A stretch of 60,162 nt of DNA, the filler included, from Platydemus manokwari (taxonomy: Eukaryota), in the NCBI GenBank assembly GCA_037951405.1. It is 5 parts of 5 records of this genome, joined end to end, with 100 filler letters (N's around TTAATTAATTAA, not from the genome) between each part and the next. Parts side by side here need not be neighbours in the genome. Positions count along the whole stretch, not along the records: positions 35,200 to 49,127 come from JBBMOY011573632.1; 4 more parts are not named here. One strand, 5' to 3'. The notes under the pieces were generated by a model. The model saw nothing but the letters and a program-made list of their open reading frames with translations. It ran no database searches and was not told where the DNA came from. The position numbers were made by a program, and so were the translations under genes. Shown piece by piece: positions 35,434-47,020 of the stretch. Each line of letters opens with the position of its first letter. Position 1 is the first letter of the stretch.

Positions 35434-38400
35434 GTTTTCCATTGCAAATATTGGGTTGTACGTCATTGCAATCATTGGTTTTACCTTATCAAGCATTCGA
35501 TATTGTACCAGATGAGATTCAGAATTTAATCAATTTAAAAAAATTTGTGGTTGATGGTTGCATGAATTTACAAACATTGAGTAGCTATCTCGGAACACTG
35601 CCATTGGAGGGTGCTTTTTTTTAATGATTTTTTTCATATTATTTTCATCACAATCAATCGCTTCCAGTTCTCTCTTTGCAAAATTGTAATAATCTCAAAA
35701 CACCACCATACGAAATTCGTAAACAAGGTATGAGAATTACGATTGCTTATTTATTGCGACTGGTTAGTGGCAGTGAGGCTTGTTATAGAACTAAACTGAT
35801 GTTGGTTGGACTCGGTGGAGCTGGAAAAACCAGGTTGAATGATAAATATTCTTTAAGAATCTTTAGTCTCATTTATAGTCTCATGAGAGCACTCACCAGT
35901 AAGGATTTTCGAGCTCCTCATTTATCAGAGGAAGCGATCACTGACGGAATCGACATTAATACATGGTCTACAAAACAAGATGATGGCATAACATTACAGT
36001 TTTCGGTTTGGGATTTTGCCGGTCAAACACTGTATTATAACACTCATCAATTCTATTTGACTGGTCGATCGATTTATTTGTTGATCTGGAATCTTCGACA
36101 AGGATTCGAGCATGCGGGTCTTGATTTCTGTTTGAATAGTATTGGCTGCCATGCCCCGGCATCTCCAATTTTCATAGTAGGCACACATTCTGATAAGGTA
36201 TCTTATAGTTCCGAAAAAGTAATTTTAATGAGCTTTTGCAGGTGGAAAAGAGTGAAATTCCAACTTCTTTGTATAAATCCAGATATCCTGCGGTTGTTGG
36301 GTTTTTTTTCGTTAGTTCATTCAATGGCAAGGTATTATTGGCTTATTTATTTTATTCATCTATTATAAAAGTCTTGAATAAAGCTATTTGATAATATAAT
36401 TTATAACTAATGATTCAATTCAATTGTTCATTCACTTGTAAGTGATGGACAGGGCCTCAACTCCATGCCCACTGTACTCAATATATGTATTAATGACAAG
36501 CCGATAAGTCCTGAACAAATATTCGAATAATATTCCAGTTTTACATTAACCTATCTCTCACATACTTCCTATTTTCAAGCGCCAAAAATAAATTATAATA
36601 AATAAGTATTAACTTACATAACTATTAGCTTTTTTGAGGTTTTCGAGAGAATTATGACTTTTAAATTTGATAAAATACGTGTTGAGATAATTAACAAATG
36701 TGTATAATTATAAAAATAAACTCAATTATAAGTTATAAGTTAAATTTCCGTCTCCAAATGAAATAACGAATGCTGTTTAATAAGATATAATTACGGCTAT
36801 AACAAATAAAAATTAATGTATAGAATATCCACTTAAATATTGACATCAGGGATAAAAAATAAATCGTTAATTAACTAAAACAATAACCAGATACTCATAA
36901 TGCCTTGTTGTTGATTAACTTACTAAGGGTTGGGCCTGTATGTGCCGGCAATCCTTCTTAGTTATTATTGATTTCAAGATAAAATTTAATTCAGTTAATG
37001 CAATGCCAGGGCTGGATCCAATCAATTTGATATAAGAATGGCATTGTTATTCAAATTCATTATCATAAATATCATTTCAACAATTGTGAATTACTGAATA
37101 AAATAATAAAGATCAAAATATTTCTGGTTTTGACAAATTTTCTACGATTAATATTATTCTGTATTCATGGTTTCTTATAAATGATTTTCTATGAGACAGA
37201 ATATTTCTTGTTAATTGCTTAAGTTTCGCCACGTAATATCGATTATAATCGAATAAATTTGGGAACTTTCTTAATTTTATTTCTTGTGTGTTTTCAGTGA
37301 TTATTTTCGGAGGTGGTGTTGATAAGTAATAAGGTATGGAAACCGTAAATGGATTTCTTGTTGGAATTGTCGGTGATTTAATTAGTGAAATCATAATCCT
37401 TGAAATGTCACTGTTCAATAAATTCCAACTGGAAATATTCTATTCGTGGCAATTCGTTTTGTTTATTGTGCTATAATATTCAATAATCAATAGATATTGT
37501 TTCTAATATAAACCTAAACAATGATATTTAATTTAATACCACTGTTGTGAAACTTTGAGTATCGATTATTGACGATTTGGTGTAGTCAGAATTCATTGTG
37601 TTAATATATTTTCACATTAATATTAATTCGTACCCATCACAATAATTTAAAACATTGACTATGTCATTACAAACCATGGAAACTGGCCTTAATGTTATAA
37701 CAGGGCATGAAAGAACTACATGATCGCATCATTGAAGAAACGAAAAAGCAACCGTATATTGGTGAAATCATTCCAAATGCTTGGCTTCGATTGGAAAAAG
37801 ATCTTATCAGGTTAGCTCAATCAATTGTTTGTCATTGATATTTCGTAATATTATCTCCAATTAAGCCAGAGAAACACAGCAGATTATTTAAATTGGGAAG
37901 CCGTCGTAAAACTAGCATCCAACAATGCAATATACGGTTCGGAAGTGAGACGTTCTCTTGATGCACAGATCTTTTGTTATATTTTATCATTTAGATCAAT
38001 AAAGTTGTACGATTCCTACACGATCTGGGAAATATCCAATATTTCGAATTCCCATTACTGAAGGATTTCGTAATTATCAATTCCCAATGGTTGGTTGATG
38101 TGATGGCTTGTGTTGTCAGCGTGAAAAATTCAGTAATCGAGGTAGATTTTCTTCAAATGTTTACCATTCCATTAATCCTGATGTGTCCGTGTAGAACGGA
38201 AAACTATATCATTCCAAAATCAAACTTGTCTGGCCGAAATATCCTGAAACAATCCATTCTTGGCTTTTACGTTTGACTGAAATATTTGATTTAACTTTTC
38301 AAGTACCTGGACAGGATTTCAATTTTATTCCTTGCCTTCTGCCAAATGAGCCACCAGAATTCCAATGGCCTGATTTCGTTGATTTTACACAAATAAGAGA

Positions 38401-41400
38401 ATCGAATATGTTCTATCAATTTGAATATTTGCCTCCTGGTTTATTTAATCGAGCTCAGGTTAATAGATCGTTTTATTGAAATTATATTTCGTTTTATCAC
38501 TATCCAGGTGAGATTATCTCAATTTTCCGATAACTTCATTATTTGGCAACATGGATCTTTACTCAATAAAGATGGCGACAAAGCATTGATGACAAAGCTC
38601 AAGTATAAATCGTTCATTTATTAAAGTGTACTTCTATCTAATTTTGTTCAAAGCGATCGAACCGTCAAAATCTGTGCCAGAGGCTATTGGCCCGATAATA
38701 TATTATTCATCATTCATGAGATGTTCGAAACTCTGATATCAGAAGCTTTCAGTGGGGTTAAATATGAGTATCAAATTTCTTGTAAAAAGTGTGTGTCGGA
38801 GGTTAGTAATTATTATTATTAGTGTTATTATTAGTATTATATTNNNNNNNNNNNNNNNNNNNNNNNNNNNNNNNNNNNNNNNNNNNNNNNNNNNNNNNNN
38901 NNNNNNNNNNNNNNNNNNNNNNNNNNNNNNNNNNNNNNNNNNNNNNNNNNNNNNNNNNNNNNNNNNNNNNNNNNAGTTTTCCTTCTTGAAGTATCTATTT
39001 TGTAATTCTTTCCACTCATCAGTATTGTATTGCAATTCAAGCTCACTATTTTTAAACTTGCTCAATACTGGATTTTCAAAATGTATCTCTTGTGAGTGCA
39101 TTTCAGTCCCATATCAGCACATATTCTATTATTAATCTGATTATTATAGCCATTATTATATTAAATATTAAAGAAATTATCTTTATTATTATAATTATTA
39201 TTTTATTACCCCTTAGAGAGACAGCGATCCCTATTTATTCAATAAAAGTGTCCTTCAAAGAGCAATTCAGTCAAAAACCGTATTTATTCAATGTCATCGC
39301 AATTTTCACATCACTACTATGACCGAGATACAAGGTGATCTCATTTATATTTTTCATATATTATTATTACTTCGAACTACCTAACATTTCTATAATTATA
39401 AATAAAAATTTTAAAAATACTTGTTATCTAAGCGAAAATTTCCAAAAAGTACGAGGAGCATGCAGATTCTTAATTTTTAACAATGCGTTGGATGCGGTTG
39501 TCAAATTCTGCAATGGAGAGTATTTTCTTCTTTCAAATATTGATAGATATTATAACAGTATTATCTACGATGATTGGATAGTACTATTATCATCGGAATT
39601 TATTATTATTAATCACTTATTGATCGGCTTTGTATTTTATAGAAAGCACTCCTCCTGACGCGATAGAAGATTATGATTTACAATTCAAAAAATCCGTAAA
39701 CCTGTTATCGTCGAATTTGCGACCTGATATTTATCCAATCATGATATTGGTTTCGGATATGGATTATCATGATGATTCTTTATTATTGAATACGCCTAAG
39801 CGAATTATAACTGATTTATCCAATCAATATTCTGTGTTCGCTTTTCATTGTATTTAGAATTATATGTTTTAACAATAAAATATTCTTTCAGATGGTGTGA
39901 TCCATTGATAGAAGGCACTCCCGAAGATCAGTACATAGAAATATTGACCCGTGCTGAGGTGAGAGATTAATAACACACATAATAAATCAACTAATAAGAC
40001 ATTTTATATTCAATCACATAACCCGGATTGGATTTTCTCAGCAGTTATTATTGATTTAAACTAGAACTGTGAATATATCATTTTCAAGTTTTGAAAACAG
40101 TTTTTATGATTTTAGTTAAGATTTGGCTTATTTGCATTCATAAATATTTATAAATTTCACCAAGATTTAAATATGAATTTCAAATTGTTTATTCGAAACC
40201 TACCGATAATTATTCAGTTTATCAATTTTCCAATAGATTATCTGAACTTACTTGATAATTGGAAATCAATCTACTAATGTAATTGAATATTTTAATATTC
40301 ACTTATTCTCTAAATAAATTTATTAGGGTGATTTTAAAATACATTTATTAATAATATTAATGTGATTCTTTGATTAATAGTTAGAAAGATGCAAAAATTT
40401 TTTTGATAAAGTGATAATTTCGTGCATCTTATTAGATAATGTAGACAGAACAGAACTAAATCATATCGATAAAAGCAATCCTTTTTATTTGGAGATCATG
40501 AATCCAAAAGATCTTTATTAGAATTATTTTTATTCAACTAATTTTTTCAATAAAATCTCTGGATTGATTTTAGAGTATCAAGGTAAAATTAGATTACCGA
40601 TCGGAGAAAATACAAGGTCAAAATATTTGTAAATCTAGGAAAATGATATTGATTCAGTTGTCTTAAAGTTTCATGAGATTGTTGTGTATCGAATGATATT
40701 TATGTAGGTTTGTATGTGAGGGAATGATTTGATGTTTCATTCACAAAATTTTCAAATTTAATACATTGGAAATAAATATTTTAACCTTTTTAGTTATTGA
40801 TGGAATTCAAAAATACCAATAATGACCTTAATATAATAAGAACAAATCTAAAAATCAGTAATGTATGAATAGATTCAAACAACAATCTGACCCTTAGCAG
40901 ATTAATAGGTTACGTGTTGTAAATATTATTTTAATATCGACATGAATAGAACATATCCACAGTAAAGGTTTATTGATTGATATAGCATTAGATAATAAAA
41001 ATGAACAATTGTGAGATGTATTTATATTTGTGAAGCTTTCCCGTTGGAACTAATAGCATCCGACTCTGGTAAAAAACAAAATCATGGAAGAAGTGTAGCT
41101 TAGAAGTGTAGTCTAAACATTGATTAATTTCTAGCTGGGATTATTGCCCTAATAACCACGAAAATAAATGTACTCATTGTGATCTGAAGATAAAGGTCGA
41201 GCTTGTAATTTTATTCGTGTTGCAGATAAATCCCAGTGACAACGCTGGTGTTATTTTAAATTGATTTTTGCTGAATGAAATCGCGTTGCTTGAAAACAAT
41301 TTGTTGTGAAAGTTTAAAATTTCTTACTGAAAACTGTACTTGATTGAAAAATTTTGTGCCAATTTCCGACTTTTAGCTCAATGTTGACACTCATTCTGTG

Positions 41401-42254
41401 CTCATTTCATTTGTTATTTGAGTATTTTATTGTTTAAATGTGCTTCATTGTCTTGGAAAAGTGTAATGTTCCCATAGCAATCCAAAACGATAATTGATAA
41501 ACATATTTTTTATTTAATATCATTTTACAGTTTTTATCTATTATTATTCATTCAAATTATTTATTATCCAATACTTATCGTTCAAGTCTGTTATTACATC
41601 GTGGTTTTGATTCTCTATTTCTATGTTAATTTTATATTTTCTATGAGTTTTGAACCATTTTGTTTACGTTGAATTTGTGTTACTGCATCATTCTAACATT
41701 TAAGCGGGCTCTATTATTATTATTATTATTATTATTATTATCATTATTGTTATTGTTGTTATTATTATTACTATAATTATAATCAAAATTATACTGATAC
41801 AATTTAATTTTAATATTAATCTTTCAAACAATAAATTCTAATTGTTATCATTTTTTCATTTCTATTTTAAATCTCTCTCCTGATATCTATGATAATATCA
41901 ATATGGTAATATTTATATGAATTTATTAAGAGTATGTATTGATAGATTATAATCAGCTTCATTTCTGGCAACTTCGCCAACAATAAGCTCGGAATGGCCT
42001 TGTTTCGATTAGCTAAAGTAACATTGAGAAAGAATATGATTCTGGTGCGACTCGATAAAGGATATACCGAAAAGAATCTGGGTCTTGAAACAGCAGGAGA
42101 TGTTATTATATTCATCATTGATGCTTAAATTATTCAAAATATCGATTATTTAATTTAGAAATACATCAATTTTGAACGGACTGAACTTTACGATCAAAAA
42201 TTTGGAGATTTGTTACACGATTTGAAAAATCAACTCGAAGAAAGAACCATTCAG
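35434..42254 (+). CDS. Roco-family protein LRR-Roc-COR-(Cys/His)-TIR-like; 5'-truncated, 3' end uncertain. Exons 35434-35610, 35668-35833, 35879-36197, 36242-36331, 37704-37810, 37866-37944, 37995-38141, 38195-38458, 38508-38602, 38654-38801, 39217-39334, 39643-39835, 39892-39958, 41946-42101, 42159-42254
   Basis: Fifteen phase-compatible GT-AG exons give one ~740-aa frame. LRRs (VPDEIQNLINLKKF, LSLQNCNNLKTPP); Roc KLMLVGLGGAGKTS, TDGIDI, WDFAGQ, VGTHSD, VSS; COR FLHDLG..., WLVDVM, IPCLLP, YLPPGLFNR; CKKC...CHRNFH; TIR-like C-terminus. A possible last exon is 42326-42388. Confidence 0.9.
38844..38974. other. Assembly gap (N run without linker)
   Basis: Ns inside a Roco intron; exon order is continuous across it. 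Confidence 0.95.
38975..39100 (-). pseudogene. Second Chapaev-like transposase fragment, in a Roco intron
   Basis: LQYNTDEW plus frameshifted IDTSRR resembles Y...EWRLFIDSSKR and the 22780-22835 relic. Confidence 0.4.
41713..41772. repeat. (TAT)n imperfect microsatellite
   Basis: Direct reading. Confidence 0.85.
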
Positions 42255-43599
42255 GTCATTTTATTTTATAACTGAATCAATCTTTCTTTAATCATTGTAA
42301 TATTATTTTATATTATCATTTTTAGAATACCGGAAATTATATGTTTCGGTTTATAATTATCGATTTTCTCATTTTTATATTTGGATAAGGATGCGAAGTT
42401 AAAGAAAGTTTAATTAAAACAATTTTATCTACTTATTACAATAAGTAGTCAAATTAAATAAAATTATAATTTTATAGACATTACTCGAATGGGAACGAAT
42501 CAAATTAATATTTTACAACCAAAACATTTCCTTGTTTACCTTTTCTTTTATATAAGATTTTATAATTATTAATTCAATTTTCTTCTTGGTGGTGGTTTAT
42601 TGTGGGAGATTGTTTTTAAAAGATTTCGACCACTTGATCATTGTTTTTCGAATTCATTCATTCATTCTTAATCGAAAATGTCCATGAAAAAAACTGGTTT
42701 CGGACTTTCATAAAATTATCAGAACAAAACTGCCATAGTACTCATCACCGACCGTAGATAATCAATATTTTAGTTTAGTATTTTCTTTATGGCCATGTCG
42801 TTGGTCTGTGGTTGCCAAATTCCGAGAACTCCTGCAATAAAAGTGAGCAGTTCCGCAGTCTAGTCGGGCCGTTTTTTTTATCGCGTTTCGGAGGTTTTAG
42901 TATTCTTCTATATTTGTTGAGCTGTTTCGGCCATTTATCCGTTGAAGATCCACTCTTAGTTGGGATTCCGTTAATTGACATTCTATCTCTACAAAGACTC
43001 TGTAATCCGTATTGTTAACAATTTCCTTGGTCCGTGAGTTATGAATAAATCCAAATTCAGTAATAGTTAGGTGGCCACTAAAAATATTTTTGACCACATT
43101 GGATTTTGAAACTTATTGATTAATTTATTTATTTCTATAATATAATGTTTTAATTTTATTTTTTAATTTTATTTGAAATTTTTATTTTTTAAATTTTGAT
43201 TGAATTAAATAATATTTTCATTAATTTTCAATCAAAATATTTTTATTGGTTCAAAAATTTAATTTATTTGAAAATTTAGTTTCGATTTTAAATTGTATTT
43301 GTAATAATTATTTGAAAAATAAATTTTTTAATCTCTTTATTTATTTGTAAAATATTTTCACTAAATTTACTTTTTAAATTTCTTCAAACGATTTCATAAT
43401 TATTTAATTAATAATTATTTTAGATTGGATAAAAAATATTAATTAAAATCGATTTTATTCATTAAATCTAATTAAAACAATGATTCTTTTTGTCATGTTT
43501 GGAATCTTTTCTGTATGTTCAAATAGTTCTTGTATAATTATGTTACATTCGGGCTTTATTGATTTTATTGTATAAATAAGCTTAATGTTATTTGATTCC

Positions 43600-44620
43600 A
43601 CTACTGTATTAATCAGTCTCTATGAGCTCTTGATTAAGACCACTGATGTAATCTACCTAAGGTGATATTCCTTCACCTCGCACAGCATTATTGTTTGAAG
43701 ACAATAAGTGTGGCAGTAGAGATACGTTTAATTAACTTAACTATCAGTCTCAAATTTTATAAAACCTATTTCAACTTTTAGCAATGTTAATGTCAATGAA
43801 AATGAATAACAATTTTACAACTCCTATATGAATGATAACTCAAATTCGCTATTATAAATATTTATTAACAATTAACATCAATACAGAAACTGGATAACAA
43901 TAATAAAATAAAAATTACAAATAACTTTTAAAACTACACCATGTACCAATACTTATAATAGGCCAATTTCCAGATACAAAGACGGTTTATATCTCCAACT
44001 CTAGGAGTAGAACCAATTTACTCTTAATAGGAGATAAAACAATACGATATATAATATAGATCAATATTTTACAAGAAGAGATCTTAAGTTAGGGACATCC
44101 AGTAAAATACTAAGCATATATGGAATATTGTATTCTTCTGCAACTGCGATCTTCTATTTTGTACTAGATTCTCTTGTAAAATTAATGTGTCTTCGAATAA
44201 CTGTAACAGTGAAATTTTGTCATCGAGAATTGTGGCATTGAAAATAATGGCAGAGTTAATTGTGACTGCTACCTTATATAGGCAGTATGAATCACTCGCA
44301 GAATATTCTCGGCGATTAAATCTAATACTAGTGAATTTATTATTTTATCAATAGAATTTATTCACTGGTGAGAGAAATTCTCTCGGAATATATTTATTAG
44401 GCAGAGAAAATATCGCTCGATTAAATTTAATCGAGTGATAATTTTATTCTGTGATAGAATTTACACGCGCGAAAATAGATGACAATTTATTTGTCGCTGT
44501 TATTGCCAGATATCTTATTGTGCATTGATATTTTATAAATTAATTTATTATTTTAGCGGATTTCGACGTATTTGCTCTTGGTGGTTTCGTTGATATTAGC
44601 ATTTTACACACACATACACA
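43600..44620 (+). repeat. Dispersed repeat family B, copy 3
   Basis: Collinear blocks shared with 1090-1900 and 21080-22250. Confidence 0.6.
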
Positions 44621-46741
44621 AAATAATTATTATAAATTTCAATATTTCAAACTTGTTTTTGCTCAAAAATTCCAAGAGTTGTTAAAATACAAAAATACAT
44701 GCCAATTAAGTAAAAATTGATACAAATAAAAATTAATGCATATTTTATACGTACTGTCATGCAAATGTATACATATATTTTTTCGAATGTGAATTAATTG
44801 TTGTGGATAAATTGTTGGGCCAGAACCTCAACAAATATTAAAATATATTTTCAAGAAAAAAGATTAAAATTTGAATTTTTATTTTAATAATTGCCATTTT
44901 ACGTGTGTTGCTTTCATTTTTTGTAATTTCTTTTGAAATTTGTGATCTTTTTTGTAGTTTTTTATCCTCAACTTTCAACTGTTAAATTTAAAAGATAATC
45001 GATTTAAATTATAGATTCTCCCAGTATAAATAGAATGAAATCATTTTCCTTCTCCTCTCTTACGATAAAATGGAGAGTTTTAGCTCTGATCGCACAGAAA
45101 TATGAATTGAATTATAAATAATTTTCAACTATTCAGTATAAAATTATATTTTCAATAATTTTATAAAATCGATTTATATTATTCTAGCATTGGAGAATTT
45201 TGATGAATTTTTTAAATATGATTTTATATTTTATTTTTATAATTTAATATTTTATTTAATTATATTTATTTCAAATTTTTATATTTAATAATATTTTTAT
45301 CAAATTATATAATTATCATGTAGCTCTGTCACATATCTAAAATATTTAGCTTTTCTCTTATTTTTGATGTTACAATCCAAATGCATTGTTGAGTATTTTG
45401 CTAATTATTTGCTAATTATTTTTTCCTCAAAATCCTCAAATATATCCCCCCATTCGTATTCTAAAGAATTGAATTTTTGTACAAAAAATAATTCCATTTA
45501 TTTATACCGATTGCAAATCATGCCAATATGATAAATGGAAATGCTTTGCTTATGAATACTTTTTTTTTACTTTTGACTTGTATTTGATAATTTTTTCCTT
45601 AAAAACGAGATTTTAATTAGTTGAAAGTAAGGTCATTTCGTTGGCCGATTATTAGTTTATGGAATCCCGGTGATTCCTCGTGCCATTATAAAATTTTATT
45701 AATTTTTTTTAGATATCATTTAAATATTATTTTCTACCGGACAAGACTTTCGTTCCAATTCTCTCTCTTTCATATATATACTCGTTTAAAATTGATAAAT
45801 TGTGTGATCAGGTCAATAAATCGAATTTTAAAATGTAGTTATTTTTGTTTAGTCATTTGCTGATCTATTTTTGGAAATTTATAGATCGTATGAATTATCG
45901 ATTAATCGACAATTACAAGTACCGATATGCCTAATATGTGAATTTGAACGATAAATTATTAACGTATATTAAACAATTGATTATCAATAAAAGAGAGAGA
46001 ATACAAATGCACACCTAATAATGTGATTCCACGAAAATGTATCTCAGAATAAATGTTAAAATAAATCTTTATCATTCGAATATAAGACTACGAAAACTGA
46101 GAATTGTGTTCAATATTCATTTGAAATCTGCTTTACATGATAAATTGTTATTGGTACTGCATGTATGTTACAGTTGTTATTGTATTAGCCACTGGGATAT
46201 CATTCGTTTAATATAAATTTGCGAAAAGATCAGATAAATAATAATTATAATTTTAATTATCTTCATTTTTCATCAACATATTGAAAGAGAAATAAGCTTG
46301 AATTTATGTATGGTTCTGGAATAATAAGACTAATTCTGGATTTCACATGAAAACTTGCTTGCAAATAATAATATTAAGATAAAGCAGAAGAAAACATGGA
46401 GTCCTTGTAGTAATAATTATTATCACTAGTTTTTATTTTATTTTTTTTAATCTAAATGTGTACCAAAATAATTATCAGTATCAGTTACATATTATTTATC
46501 TTCAGATAAACATTTGTAAATAAATTTGTTGATTCGATTCATTAAATTTTTGGATAAGCAAATTTCATCAATTAGTATTTCCTTTCGAAATTTATTTGCT
46601 AACAAATCATATTTTGATTTTCGCTTATTTTTTTAGAATTTTAAAATCTCCAACAACCAATCGCAATCGATTGTTGTCTTATAAAAATCATATATTGAAT
46701 GCAGTCTTTCTAGTTTTTGTCGAGGAAAAAAATTATCGAAA

Positions 46742-47020
46742 ATGACTTTCATTCTTGGTTTTCTGTTAATATTGCTCGCAATTGATTACGGATCAACGGA
46801 TCTCGAAACGGTAGGGTGAAAAAATATTACCATTATTCAGTGGAAAATTTGGTTTTGTTTTAAAATATTCTTATTCTTCTTTCAGTACTTCTTTCCTCAG
46901 AAAAGGAATGACAGGCCCAGTGTGATCTTTGAAGGTCAGAGGCCCATCAAACGAATATACGGTCGAAGAGGGAACATTATCCCATGCCAATTTAATGCAA
47001 TAACTTGCTTTGGAAAATAA
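46742..47020 (+). CDS. Allatostatin-C/somatostatin-family neuropeptide precursor (67 aa); exons 46742-46810, 46886-47020
   Basis: MTFILGFLLILLAIDYGSTDLET|YFFPQKRNDRPSVIFEGQRPIKRIYGRRGNIIPCQFNAITCFGK*: hydrophobic signal peptide, phase-0 75-nt GT-AG intron with a pyrimidine tract, KR/KR/RR sites, C-x6-C-F core, Gly-Lys amidation signal before the stop. Confidence 0.88.

Noticed and set aside
36450-36940. CAGGGCCTCAAC...GTTGGGCCTG as hAT termini in a Roco intron
   Set aside because: Poor TIR match and no 8-bp TSD
35434-42254. Calling the Roco gene LRRK1/LRRK2 or MFHAS1
   Set aside because: No kinase domain follows COR in the visible exons, and a TIR-like extension does; orthology needs a phylogeny
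42600-43100. Overlapping ORFs in a GC-richer patch
   Set aside because: Multiple stops and no diagnostic motif; probably a decayed retroelement but unassignable
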